From a virus, in the IMG/VR virus record IMGVR_UViG_3300021962_000047, positions 41,972 through 105,971 of that record: DNA of 64,000 nucleotides. The stretch is one strand, 5' to 3'. Position 1 is the first letter of the stretch, and each line of letters starts with the position of its first letter. The notes beneath the pieces were generated by a model, which had not been told where the DNA came from, made no database searches, and saw only the letters and a list, made by a program, of their open reading frames with translations. The position numbers and the translations under genes are program-made. Of this stretch, positions 9,415 through 19,775 are shown one piece after another.

Positions 9415-12203
9415 TCCTCATCATCTTCTTCAAACACAAACACATCTTTTACTGATTGGGCTAAACCACTCATAATCATTTGGTTTTTTTCCACATATTC
9501 ACGGTCAACTAATTCAATTGTACCGTCTAAATACATATAGAATGGGTCAATACCAACACTTGACCAGAATTCAACTTCACCTTCAGAAAGAGTTAAAACT
9601 TCATCTAACGTATCTTGGTCACCTATTCTACGAGGGAATCCACGTACTAATTGACATTGTGTTTTAGTAAAGAACGGTCTATCCTTTGGGTCCTCAATTA
9701 AAATTTCATCACGGATTTCAGGTGAAAATACAACCAACAAAGGTTCAATTCTTTTATTAAATGCAGCCATATATCGAGGAACATTGTATTCACCCAACAA
9801 ATCAGGGTTATTTTCAATATCCTTTTCATTAACCATATAACAGTTAATGATTACTTCAGTACCTTTTTTCTGTACGTCACCGTGTGATTTACGAGTACCG
9901 TTATTCACATAATAAACTGTATCGCCTAAACCTGCGGGAATGTTATTTTGAAGAAGAAGTTCCATATGTGCTTGACGAGACATTAAAGAACCCGACTTTG
10001 TCTTTTTGGTGATATGTTGTTTGTAGTCCGAAATACTCTGTTTAACTCGAGCTTTGTTTGCAACCTTAGCAATTGGTATCTTTTGATTAAACACCTTATC
10101 AACATATTCATAATAGTATTCCAAGAACTCGTGACCCTTACCATCTAACAACATACGGAGACCTGAGTCCAAGAACTCGGCAACATAAGTTTGTAACTTT
10201 TTAGATTTAATACTGTTACCTGTTAGTTTTACTTTACCCTTATCGGTTAACAAAGCGTAATTCTTACGAGCTACGTTAATGGTAGCCGGCCATTGTCCGT
10301 CAGTATCCAATCCCATCTCATTTCTCATAAACAGGTCGTTATACTCGGCAACATCCGCTTCAGTACCCTCGTACTCCTTACCCTCAATAACCAATCCGTT
10401 AAGACCCTTACCGACATACTTGTAAGAATATCTACTTTCAGGTACCGCAAAGTTCACACCGTCCGTATCCATTACCAATGGTTGATATCCACGTTTCATA
10501 AACCACATAATCATCTGACGAAGATATTGTCGACCCGTACAGGTAATCTGTTCACCCATATCCATATCCCCCCACGGAAATACCTGTGGTGCGGATAACG
10601 AACCGAAGAATGCGTTAATGAAGATTTTGATAGGTAATTGCTTACGAGCGTATTGTGATGACAACTTAGGGTCGGTTTTATAGTGTTTTTCCGCCAATTT
10701 CTTATAGTTAATACGAGTATCACGGAAATACTTCAGCATACTCTTCATCGCACCCGTTACGTCACATTTAGGGAATACGTCGTGTACCAACTGAATAGAT
10801 GGGTATAGTGACGAGTAGTCAAGTTTCAATACGTTTGTAGAGTAACCTACCGCCAACAAACGGGAAAGACCACCAGTAAAGTTTCGTTTTGGACCTTTCT
10901 GTGGAATAGCAAGGTTGTTCTTATAAGACCAAGAGCTCATAATCATTTTCCACAATGTTGCAGTTCCCATTGTAGAAAGACGCTCGTATGTCGTAGGTAC
11001 TAACTTCGCAAGAAGGAAGTTTGCTTGGTTGTATTCTTCATCAACAACCATAGTTTCGTAAATATCGTCATAAAGGTATCGTTCAATCAAATATGAACCG
11101 TTAACAATCTCATAGTGACCAGGAAATCTTTCCATTAGGTTTTCAGTACCTGGCGCACCAACCTCTTTGTATCCACCTGTCTTTGGGTTGAAGTAATAAT
11201 CCTTATTATCAAAATAGATGGTACCAATCTTACCACCGTCAACATAAACTCGGTTTTCTTTTTCTGCACCAATAAACTTGGTAATATATTTAAGTCCCCA
11301 ACTCTTAATGTCAGAGTTAATTGCTTGAGCTCTACGAACTGCGTGTGCAATATCCAATACGTTATAACCCCACATCAGAATCTGAGTGTATGGTTCCATT
11401 TCGTTTGCAAGTTTCAACATACCCTCTTTTTGACGAATGGGTTGTAGGGGGTTTAAGGTTTTTGCAACTTTTCTAATATCTAACCCTAATATCTTTGCTC
11501 GTTCAATAATAAACGGAAAGTCGAAGAACGCTGAGTTATAACCACCAATAAGTGTTGGTTTTAATCTATTAATGGTATCGAAGAAGTCGACAATCATTTG
11601 TTTCTCTTCTTCACCATTAGCGGCAGACAACACCTGTTCAAACCCTTTATTGTCTTTCATTCCGATAAGGAAGATGGAATCCGTTTTTGGGTTAAGTCCT
11701 GTGGTCTCGATGTCATATACAAATCGGTGGACCTCATCGTATTCTTCAAATCCCTTAAATAGTCGTTTTCCTCTCTGTACGAGGTATTGCTCGACAGGGG
11801 GGAGTACCATGATGTCATCGGTATTATCTCTTGACCAGGGGTCTAATCCACCGTTTCTGAAAAAGTTAATAAGGTTTTGATATGTCTTGGTTGTTTTAAC
11901 CAAAAACTTTAAACCATTTTCCAATCTCTCATCACCCATTGTCTCAAGACGCTCGATGATGATACCATTTTCTGACATGGCAATCTTTTGGGCGTGTTTG
12001 TCGCCCTTATAAAAATTCTTTCCGTGAAGGTCTCCGACCCACGCGAAAGGAACAAAACTGTCAGTTTTAATTTGTTTACCCTGAATTGGGTCTTGAATAA
12101 TTTTGTAGATTTTTGAGCTGAGGTAGTCGTATTCTAACGCTACAATGTATTTCTCGGGGTCTGTCCCGAGCAAAAACTCTTCGATTTCTTGTTGTGATAC
12201 CAT
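9411..12203 (-). CDS. Family B DNA polymerase
   Basis: ExoI DIETTG, ExoII YNSAFFDFPFI, polymerase motifs DYSSLYPS, KIFINAFFG, DTDG, RKNYA. Confidence 0.95.
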   Translation of the reverse strand: MVSQQEIEEFLLGTDPEKYIVALEYDYLSSKIYKIIQDPIQGKQIKTDSFVPFAWVGDLHGKNFYKGDKHAQKIAMSENGIIIERLETMGDERLENGLKFLVKTTKTYQNLINFFRNGGLDPWSRDNTDDIMVLPPVEQYLVQRGKRLFKGFEEYDEVHRFVYDIETTGLNPKTDSIFLIGMKDNKGFEQVLSAANGEEEKQMIVDFFDTINRLKPTLIGGYNSAFFDFPFIIERAKILGLDIRKVAKTLNPLQPIRQKEGMLKLANEMEPYTQILMWGYNVLDIAHAVRRAQAINSDIKSWGLKYITKFIGAEKENRVYVDGGKIGTIYFDNKDYYFNPKTGGYKEVGAPGTENLMERFPGHYEIVNGSYLIERYLYDDIYETMVVDEEYNQANFLLAKLVPTTYERLSTMGTATLWKMIMSSWSYKNNLAIPQKGPKRNFTGGLSRLLAVGYSTNVLKLDYSSLYPSIQLVHDVFPKCDVTGAMKSMLKYFRDTRINYKKLAEKHYKTDPKLSSQYARKQLPIKIFINAFFGSLSAPQVFPWGDMDMGEQITCTGRQYLRQMIMWFMKRGYQPLVMDTDGVNFAVPESRYSYKYVGKGLNGLVIEGKEYEGTEADVAEYNDLFMRNEMGLDTDGQWPATINVARKNYALLTDKGKVKLTGNSIKSKKLQTYVAEFLDSGLRMLLDGKGHEFLEYYYEYVDKVFNQKIPIAKVANKARVKQSISDYKQHITKKTKSGSLMSRQAHMELLLQNNIPAGLGDTVYYVNNGTRKSHGDVQKKGTEVIINCYMVNEKDIENNPDLLGEYNVPRYMAAFNKRIEPLLVVFSPEIRDEILIEDPKDRPFFTKTQCQLVRGFPRRIGDQDTLDEVLTLSEGEVEFWSSVGIDPFYMYLDGTIELVDREYVEKNQMIMSGLAQSVKDVFVFEEDDED

Positions 12204-12228
12204 AATACTTTTTTTTGAGACATTATTC

Positions 12229-12245
12229 TCTCACCAATGGTGAGA
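12229..12245 (-). promoter_or_regulatory. Hairpin in the DNA polymerase leader (possible translational operator)
   Basis: Perfect inverted repeat TCTCACCA-A-TGGTGAGA, 25 nt upstream of the polymerase ATG. Confidence 0.4.
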
Positions 12246-12289
12246 TTACTCTTGTACTATGATAAGTATAATAAACTATTTGTTATTCG

Positions 12290-12643
12290 TCAAATGATAT
12301 TGATGTATAGTGTTTCCCTGATTGGGGCAATTAGTTCACCCATTGAATTGATAACCGAAAACTCTCCGATATATCTACCTTTTTTCTTTGTATCTCTACC
12401 CGTCCACTTATAATATATGTAATATTCAACGGGAGAATCAATGTTTGTGTCTGTTTTTGACACAATATATGCATTATTCATAAGAATTTTTGGAATACCA
12501 GTCGCTTCGTCTTTCATGGAAAAACGAATGGTAGCATTGTCTAAGTCCTCATCAAATAACCTCCATGCATTGGTTCTACCATCACGGACCACTTGCATTT
12601 TAAGGATTGGAAGCTCACTATTTTGTTTAATAAAGAATTCCAT
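12290..12643 (-). CDS. Stand-alone BppU-like/Ig-like attachment domain protein
   Basis: MEFFIKQNSELPILK...YYKW...GRYIGEF is paralogous to the N-terminus of the 16532-19762 protein. Confidence 0.6.
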   Translation of the reverse strand: MEFFIKQNSELPILKMQVVRDGRTNAWRLFDEDLDNATIRFSMKDEATGIPKILMNNAYIVSKTDTNIDSPVEYYIYYKWTGRDTKKKGRYIGEFSVINSMGELIAPIRETLYINII

Positions 12644-12683
12644 AAATTCTGTTTCCTAATAAATAGTTTCTTAATCTAATTTA

Positions 12684-15600
12684 TTAAGAACAGTTAGAGT
12701 AGAACGTAATATTGTTAGGTGAACAACTTGTCAAAGTATATTGACTATAGTTAGTTGCTGGAGGGTCTCCAGGGTTAGATGGTGATTGTGCATAAATGTA
12801 GTTACCTTGGACATCTGCTGCGATTTCACTATAGAAAATCGTTAATGAACACGGTGCAGGTGGGTCAACCGCACCGATTTCAACACGAACCACATCACCA
12901 ACACATGCGGATATTGTAGTTGTAGTATTCGAACCACAAGGAACACCAGTTCCAAACGAATAAACCTGAACTCCATTAACTTTAATAACTCCAAGAGTTT
13001 TAATACAACAAGTAGAACCAACAATACAGCCTTGTTTAATATGTTGAACATTTATTGTACAACATTGAGTTGTTTGAGTTGGTGTAACAGTTCTGGTTGG
13101 TGTTGGAGTCCTTGTTGGAGTTCTCGTAACTGTTTGAGTTGCAGTTTTAGTTGGCGTAGGAGTTGCAGTTCTCGTAGGTGTTGCAGTTCTCGTAGGTGTT
13201 GGAGTCGGTGTTGGTGTTGTAATAACACTCGTACATGGGTAAGATTCGGTACATGTAGCACAATCATCATAAGTAATACCACCAAATCCACCTGTAAATA
13301 CAGACCAAGTTATTGGTACATCAAGTATTTTATTTAATGTGTAACAATTATTTGAAATTCCTCCTTGTTCTGAAACATACACAATTAGACCATTATTATT
13401 ACTCACATACTCACAAATACTAGTATCTTGACTACCAAAGTAATATATTTCAAATTCACCTTCGGAACAACAATTGTCCGATAAACTAAAGTAACAATAC
13501 TCAGGACTTGTTGGAGTCGGAGTTAATGTTGGTGTTTGAGTTGGTGTAGGTGTTGGTGTCGGACACGGAGCTACATCATTACAAGCTGAACAATCGACAT
13601 ATAATGTAGTCACTTTATACTCTGCGGGTTCTGGCGTTCCCACTAAGTCATAAATTGTGTAACAAATTCCGTCAATTATAACAACATACCCTTGTAATTC
13701 ACTTCCATATGCCGTTGGAACATCAACAAATTTCACAATTTCAGTTCTTCCATCACAACATTCAATCATTGTTAATTCCCATGTAGTGTATGCAACCGTT
13801 TCGGTTGGGGTATTAGTAGGTGTATTTGTTGCGGTTAATGTAGGTGTAGCTGTTGCGGTCAACGTAGGTGTTGATGTCAACGTAGGTGTGTTTGTCGATG
13901 TTAATGTTGGAGTTGAAGTCCTTGTTGGTGTATTTGTAGCTGTTAATGTTGGAGTATTTGTCGCGGTCAACGTAGGTGTTGCCGTTGCGGTTAGTGTTGG
14001 AGTCGAAGTCCTTGTTGGAGTATTTGTGGCAGTTAACGTAGGAGTTGAAGTCCTTGTTGGTGTATTTGTTGCAGTCAACGTAGGAGTTGAAGTCCTTGTT
14101 GGGGTATTTGTTGCGGTTAATGTTGGAGTATTTGTCGCGGTTAAAGTTGGAGTATTTGTTGCGGTTAAAGTAGGAGTTGAAGTTCTTGTCGGAGTATTTG
14201 TTGCGGTTAAAGTAGGTGTTGAAGTTCTTGTCGGAGTATTTGTCGCGGTTAAAGTAGGTGTTGATGTTAATGTTGGAGTATTTGTTGCAGTCAACGTAGG
14301 TGTTGATGTTAATGTTTGGGTTGGTGTAGGAGTAACTGTTCTTGTTGCCGTTAACGTAGGAGTGTTTGTCGCTGTTAGTGTAGGTGTTGATGTTAATGTT
14401 TGAGTCGGTGTAGGAGTAACTGTTCTCGTTGCAGTTAATGTAGGTGTACTGGTTGATGTAAGTGTTTGTGTTGATGTAACTGTTTGAGTTTGTGTTGGAG
14501 TAACCGTTCTCGTTGCGGTTAATGTTGGAGTACTAGTTGAAGTCAACGTAGGTGTTGAAGTCAATGTAGGTGTGCTGGTAGATGTTTGTGTTGGAGTACT
14601 TGTTAAAGTCGGTGTGTTAGTTGCAGTTAATGTTGGAGTAGATGTTAGTGTCTGAGTATTAGTAGGTGTAACCGTTCTGGTTGATGTTAATGTCGGTGTG
14701 TTAGTTGGTGTTTGAGTTGGCTGTGCAGTCAATGTAGGTGTCGCAGTTGAAGTCAATGTAGGTGTTGAAGTCAACGTAGGTGTACTTGTTGAAGTTAAAG
14801 TTGGAGTATTAGTTGCGGTTAATGTGGGAGTATTTGTTGATGTTAAAGTAGGTGTAGATGTTAATGTTTGAGTTAAAGTTGGCGTTTGTGTTGGAGTAGA
14901 TGTAACTGTTTGTGTCGGTGTCGGAGTTGGACATGTAAATGTAGTACCCGCAACTGCATCACCATCTACATCAGTTACAATATTGATTTGTGTTGGGTCA
15001 CTTATTCTTTGAATATATAGGCTTGGACCTCCGTATAATGAAATTAATTCACTATAAATGTAAGGTGTTAGATTACCATCTGAATATAATGTTTCACCTT
15101 CAATTACAGGGTGGTCATTATCATAAATTACAATAGTTGATGGTGTACCATAACATAAATCATTTAAACTATTTGATATATAATAGTTTTCAGCATTTTG
15201 AATTTGAGTTGGTGTTGGTGTAGATGTTTGAGTGCTCGTAGGGGTTGGAGTATTTGTAGAACTCAATGTCGGAGTAGAAGTTAATGATTGAGTCGGTGTT
15301 GGTGTAACTGTTCTTGTTGAGGTTAATGTAGGAGTATTAGTTGCGGTTAAAGTAGGTGTACTAGTTAAAGTAGGTGTTGAGGTCGAAGTTAAAGTAGGTG
15401 TGTTAGTTGATGTTAATGTTGGCGTATTAGTTGAAGTTAATGTTGGCGTTTGACTCTGAGTTTGTGTATTAGTTGGAGTAACAGTTCTTGTTGATGTCAA
15501 AGTAGGTGTTGACGTACTTGTCAATGTTGGAGTACTGGTCGTTGTTGGCGTTGAAGTGCTCGTCTGAGTTGGAGTATTAGTAAGTGTTTGAGTTGGAGTT

Positions 15601-16469
15601 GCAGTTAATGTTTTAGTGGCTGTTACTGTTTGAGTATTTGTTGGTGTTAAAGTTAAAGTACTTGTTAAAGTAGGTGTTGAAGTACTTGTTAGTGTTGGCG
15701 TTTGAGTTAAAGTAGGAGTTGAAGTACTTGTTAATGTTGGAGTACTTGTTAATGTAGGTGTTGAAGTACTTGTTAGAGTTGGCGTTTGAGTTAAAGTAGG
15801 TGTTGACGTACTTGTCAATGTCGGAGTACTTGTTAGAGTTGGTGTTGACGTACTTGTCAATGTTGGAGTACTCGTTAAGGTTTGAGTATTCGTTGGGGTT
15901 AAAGTGGGTGTTTGAGTTAAAGTAGGTGTTGAAGTACTTGTTAAAGTAGGAGTTGAAGTTAATGTAGGTGTAGATGTACTAGTTAAAGTTGGTGTGCTTG
16001 TTAATGTCGGTGTTGAAGTGCTTGTTAATGTTGGTGTAGATGTACTTGTTTGAGTCGGAGTATTAGTCGGAGTATTAGTAGATGTTAATGTCGGTGTCGA
16101 AGTGCTTGTTAAAGTTGGTGTTGCGGTACTCGTTTGTGTTGGAGTGTTTGACAAAGTCGGAGTACTCGTCAATGTAGGAGTTGACGTACTAGTTTGAGTA
16201 GGAGTATTTGTGAGTGTTTGAGTTAATGTTGGGGTGCTAGTTAATGTTGCAGTTAAAGTTGGTGTTGGTGGAATAATATGAATATATGTTTTATCATAAT
16301 AAGGAACATAAATTTCATAAGTACCTGTAAAATGAGGCGCAATATAATTAAAAGGCATTGTAAGCGTACCTAAATCAGATGGGTCACCACCTTCATCAGA
16401 CAAATACGTAACCTGAACTGTAAAACCACTTAGGTTTTCACTTAAAAATCTAATACCTTCTCCCGCCAT
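12684..16469 (-). CDS. Large Thr/Pro-rich (mucin-like) fibre-like protein with Cys-rich modules
   Basis: Long ([14 protein letters not shown])n tracts separating globular and Cys-rich modules; late motif upstream. Confidence 0.8.
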   Translation of the reverse strand: MAGEGIRFLSENLSGFTVQVTYLSDEGGDPSDLGTLTMPFNYIAPHFTGTYEIYVPYYDKTYIHIIPPTPTLTATLTSTPTLTQTLTNTPTQTSTSTPTLTSTPTLSNTPTQTSTATPTLTSTSTPTLTSTNTPTNTPTQTSTSTPTLTSTSTPTLTSTPTLTSTSTPTLTSTPTLTSTSTPTLTQTPTLTPTNTQTLTSTPTLTSTSTPTLTSTPTLTSTSTPTLTQTPTLTSTSTPTLTSTPTLTSTSTPTLTQTPTLTSTSTPTLTSTLTLTPTNTQTVTATKTLTATPTQTLTNTPTQTSTSTPTTTSTPTLTSTSTPTLTSTRTVTPTNTQTQSQTPTLTSTNTPTLTSTNTPTLTSTSTPTLTSTPTLTATNTPTLTSTRTVTPTPTQSLTSTPTLSSTNTPTPTSTQTSTPTPTQIQNAENYYISNSLNDLCYGTPSTIVIYDNDHPVIEGETLYSDGNLTPYIYSELISLYGGPSLYIQRISDPTQINIVTDVDGDAVAGTTFTCPTPTPTQTVTSTPTQTPTLTQTLTSTPTLTSTNTPTLTATNTPTLTSTSTPTLTSTPTLTSTATPTLTAQPTQTPTNTPTLTSTRTVTPTNTQTLTSTPTLTATNTPTLTSTPTQTSTSTPTLTSTPTLTSTSTPTLTATRTVTPTQTQTVTSTQTLTSTSTPTLTATRTVTPTPTQTLTSTPTLTATNTPTLTATRTVTPTPTQTLTSTPTLTATNTPTLTSTPTLTATNTPTRTSTPTLTATNTPTRTSTPTLTATNTPTLTATNTPTLTATNTPTRTSTPTLTATNTPTRTSTPTLTATNTPTRTSTPTLTATATPTLTATNTPTLTATNTPTRTSTPTLTSTNTPTLTSTPTLTATATPTLTATNTPTNTPTETVAYTTWELTMIECCDGRTEIVKFVDVPTAYGSELQGYVVIIDGICYTIYDLVGTPEPAEYKVTTLYVDCSACNDVAPCPTPTPTPTQTPTLTPTPTSPEYCYFSLSDNCCSEGEFEIYYFGSQDTSICEYVSNNNGLIVYVSEQGGISNNCYTLNKILDVPITWSVFTGGFGGITYDDCATCTESYPCTSVITTPTPTPTPTRTATPTRTATPTPTKTATQTVTRTPTRTPTPTRTVTPTQTTQCCTINVQHIKQGCIVGSTCCIKTLGVIKVNGVQVYSFGTGVPCGSNTTTTISACVGDVVRVEIGAVDPPAPCSLTIFYSEIAADVQGNYIYAQSPSNPGDPPATNYSQYTLTSCSPNNITFYSNCS
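13800..16270 (-). repeat. Degenerate 18/24-nt coding repeats encoding TPTLTS(TS)/TPTLTATN tracts, interrupted by a globular module at ~14935-15200
   Basis: Visible gtt/gta/gga/ggt periodicity with synonymous variation. Confidence 0.9.
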
Positions 16470-16531
16470 TTTTTATTTTATAATAAATATTACCTAATCT
16501 TATAATCCCATTTTATTTTTTAGTAATTTCT

Positions 16532-19500
16532 TTATATACAATAGAACCATTTATTATTTAAGTAGTTGTGTGTTACAGATAATTCTGAAGGTGTCAATAC
16601 TCTATTCCACAATAATACCTCATATATAAATCCACCGTAGTAATATCTGAATGATGATGTCCCTGTTCTATCAACACCAATATATAGTGTATCTATGGAT
16701 GCATTTGTTGATGTACCAACATTTGATAAGAATGTTAATGATTCCTGAACTCCGTCAATATAGAATTTAAGCTTGTCAGCATTTGTAGATTGTGTACCAT
16801 CAAATACCATAGTCCACATATGTGGGTTTAAATCGGCGATTTGGGATGTCTGAGCTAAACCATTTGCAGCTCCTACAACAAATGTACCACCACTTAATCT
16901 TAAGTTAGAATTGTTAGTGGATACGTTACCGATACCAGATGTGATAAATTGTTGTGTGGTACCAGTATTTACCAATTTACCTAAAACAATTGCAGTAAAC
17001 CCTGTGATAGCCGCAATAGATGTTAATGGGTTAACACTCAAGCCATCAGATGTCCCATCAAATTTAACAGCACTTAATCCACACTGTACATTGGTCCACC
17101 ACGCAGGTCTGGTTGTGGCACCTCCGATTGGGTTGGCATTATGTGCACTTGCAGATGAGTCATACCATTGAGTAAAGGTATCACCACTCACAGGTGTTGG
17201 GTTAAAGTTAGTATCTAAACTTGCGTCATAATAAATTTGTAGAGTTGGGTCTGACGGTACAACCGCCTGTGTTGCGGTTAATGTTAAAGTTGGTGTTGGT
17301 GTAAGTGTTTGAGTAATAGTAACCGTTTGTGTTAAAGTAGGTGTTGGAGTTGGAGTTAATCCGCCAAGTGTTTGTGTTGGTGGCAATGGTGTAGAAGTTA
17401 TATCATTAGTCGGAGCCGGCGTAAATGTTAATGTTTGAGTTGGTGTTAAAGTTGGAGTTGAAGTACTTGTTAATGTCGGAGAACTTGTTAAAGTTGGGGT
17501 TGAAGTACTTGTTAATGTCGGAGAACTTGTTAAAGTTGGGGTTGAAGTACTTGTTAATGTTGGTGTAGGTGTCGGTGTAGTCACAATAAATGGACTAAAA
17601 TCTACAATAACCGGACACTCACATTCTGAGGTATCCACACTAATCACACCAAATGATTGAACACATTCACCAGGTTGTAATACACCACTTAAATTAAATG
17701 TATGTACGTGGTCATTAAATGACATAGTTTCTGAACCATAGAACACAGTTCCCATATCACCACGAGCAACACCTGAAATAACATAATCACATAGAGCATT
17801 GGCATTACTTGTAAATCCACTATCGTTATATAACTTTATTGAGAAGTTAGAACATCCTCCTAATTCAACCTGAAGATATTGTGTAGTTACCGGACAACTT
17901 GGAGTATTAGTTAACGTTGGTGTATTTGTTAAGGTTGGTGTACTGGTTGAAGTTAAAGTAGGTGTTGAAGTTAAAGTAGGTGTTGACGTACTAGTTAAAG
18001 TCGGAGTAGAAGTTAAAGTAGGTGTTGATGTGCTCGTTAGTGTTGGTGTCTGAGTTAAAGTAGGTGTTGAAGTACTTGTTAATGTAGGAGTGTTAGTTAA
18101 TGTAGGTGTATTGGTTGATGTTAAAGTAGGTGTTGACGTACTAGTTAAAGTAGGTGTAGACGTACTTGTTAGTGTCGGCGTTTGAGTTAATGTCGGAGTA
18201 TTTGTAGGTGTTGGTGTAGGAGTTGGACAAATTTGGTCCACACCACAAACCGATTCACCATCAACATTATTAACTATATTAATTGTTGAACCACCAACCT
18301 TCTTAATGTAGAACGGAGTTCCACCAGCAATACTCTCTAAATCAACATACGGATATGGTGTTAATAAACTATCTTGATATAATGTTTCACCCTCAATAAC
18401 GGGATGGTCATTATCATAAATTAAAATAGTTGGATTTTCTCCATAACATAACGAATCTAAACTATCTGAAATATAATAGAAATCAGCATTTTGTACTTCA
18501 GTCGGTGTAGGTGTTGATGTTAATGTTGGCGTGTTCGTTGCAGTCAACGTCGGAGTTTGGGTCAACGTAGGAGTTGAAGTACTTGTTAAGGTTGGTGTAC
18601 TTGTAAGTGTTGGAGTATTAGTTGACGTTAATGTCGGAGTTTGAGTCAACGTTGGTGTCGAAGTACTTGTTAATGTCGGAGTTTGAGTCAGAGTCGGAGT
18701 TGAAGTACTTGTTAAAGTTGGGGTACTTGTTAATGTCGGTGTATTAGTTGAAGTTAAAGTCGGAGTACTTGTCAACGTAGGAGTTGATGTACTTGTCAAT
18801 GTTGGAGTTTGTGTTAAAGTAGGTGTAGAAGTACTTGTCAACGTAGGAGTACTTGTCAGTGTTGGTGTGTTAGTTGAAGTTAATGTAGGAGTACTGGTTA
18901 GGGTTGGGGTATTAGTTGCGGTTAAAGTAGGGCTACTTGTTAGGGTAGGCGTGGGTGTACTTGTTAAGGTAGGACTCGGTGTAGGTGTTTGAGTTGGTAT
19001 ATTAAAGATATACCTGAAAGTATAAACATAATTGTAAATTGTACTACCTGAATTAACGATACTAACATTACTAATACCACTGGTGTAATTCAATAAAGAA
19101 TAATTTGTGGTTGCACTTAATTGAGTCCCACCTGATAATGAACCCGCACCGAGTTCGATTGTAGGTTCAAACACCAATGACGAACCATTTTGTAATCCAA
19201 GAGTATTGTTAAAATTAATAACAACTGTATTATCTACAGTTCCATCCATGGTTGCCGAATATGATGCAAATACAGAACCCGCGGTGTATGTTCCAACAAT
19301 ATCAATAGTTCTAGTATTGATTAATGTTGGAGTTGGTGTTGGCGTTCTTCTTGGAGTTTCTGTTGGTCTAACAAAAGGAGTTACACCTTTATTTGGTCTA
19401 CAACACGTATCACTATCTGCGAACGATTCAATTATATTAACATATAATACATTCCTAACAGGAACAATATATTCACCTCTTTCATTAACAATTTTAAATT

Positions 19501-19762
19501 CACCAATGTATCTACCAACTTTAGATGATGTTTTTTTGTTGAATTGATAATAAACAGAATAACCTGAACCATCTTCATTGATAGTTACACCCGCAGGAAC
19601 ATTAGCTAATCTATAAATTCCTGTATCAACATCTTTAAGTGAGAATGTAACTGTAGACGCTGACAAATATTGGTCGAGCTGATGATACCCATTTCTCGAT
19701 TCATTTATTACCTCAACCATCAATTTAGGTAATGTACTATTCTGTCTTATAAAAAACTCCAT
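16532..19762 (-). CDS. Thr/Pro-rich fibre-like protein with N-terminal BppU-like and C-terminal LamG/ConA-like domain
   Basis: TPTLTS tracts; C-terminal W.D.S...A, FDGTSD, FYIDG, LYIG and I.EVLLWNRVLTPSE are typical of LamG-like lectin folds. Confidence 0.8.
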   Translation of the reverse strand: MEFFIRQNSTLPKLMVEVINESRNGYHQLDQYLSASTVTFSLKDVDTGIYRLANVPAGVTINEDGSGYSVYYQFNKKTSSKVGRYIGEFKIVNERGEYIVPVRNVLYVNIIESFADSDTCCRPNKGVTPFVRPTETPRRTPTPTPTLINTRTIDIVGTYTAGSVFASYSATMDGTVDNTVVINFNNTLGLQNGSSLVFEPTIELGAGSLSGGTQLSATTNYSLLNYTSGISNVSIVNSGSTIYNYVYTFRYIFNIPTQTPTPSPTLTSTPTPTLTSSPTLTATNTPTLTSTPTLTSTNTPTLTSTPTLTSTSTPTLTQTPTLTSTSTPTLTSTPTLTSTNTPTLTSTPTLTSTSTPTLTQTPTLTSTSTPTLTQTPTLTSTNTPTLTSTPTLTSTSTPTLTQTPTLTATNTPTLTSTPTPTEVQNADFYYISDSLDSLCYGENPTILIYDNDHPVIEGETLYQDSLLTPYPYVDLESIAGGTPFYIKKVGGSTINIVNNVDGESVCGVDQICPTPTPTPTNTPTLTQTPTLTSTSTPTLTSTSTPTLTSTNTPTLTNTPTLTSTSTPTLTQTPTLTSTSTPTLTSTPTLTSTSTPTLTSTPTLTSTSTPTLTNTPTLTNTPSCPVTTQYLQVELGGCSNFSIKLYNDSGFTSNANALCDYVISGVARGDMGTVFYGSETMSFNDHVHTFNLSGVLQPGECVQSFGVISVDTSECECPVIVDFSPFIVTTPTPTPTLTSTSTPTLTSSPTLTSTSTPTLTSSPTLTSTSTPTLTPTQTLTFTPAPTNDITSTPLPPTQTLGGLTPTPTPTLTQTVTITQTLTPTPTLTLTATQAVVPSDPTLQIYYDASLDTNFNPTPVSGDTFTQWYDSSASAHNANPIGGATTRPAWWTNVQCGLSAVKFDGTSDGLSVNPLTSIAAITGFTAIVLGKLVNTGTTQQFITSGIGNVSTNNSNLRLSGGTFVVGAANGLAQTSQIADLNPHMWTMVFDGTQSTNADKLKFYIDGVQESLTFLSNVGTSTNASIDTLYIGVDRTGTSSFRYYYGGFIYEVLLWNRVLTPSELSVTHNYLNNKWFYCI
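17270..19000 (-). repeat. Degenerate Thr/Pro coding repeats (three tracts)
   Basis: [14 protein letters not shown] repeats at ~18500-19000, ~17900-18230 and ~17270-17585. Confidence 0.85.
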
Positions 19763-19775
19763 CTACTTACTATAA

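Noticed and set aside
13786-14403. 205-aa Val/Gly-rich plus-strand ORF
   Set aside because: Antisense shadow of the Thr/Pro repeat tract; no promoter or independent coding signal
13800-19000. Repeat arrays as a possible CRISPR array or DGR
   Set aside because: Repeats are degenerate, in-frame coding units with no unique spacers; no cas or reverse transcriptase gene and no adenine-specific TR/VR pair seen
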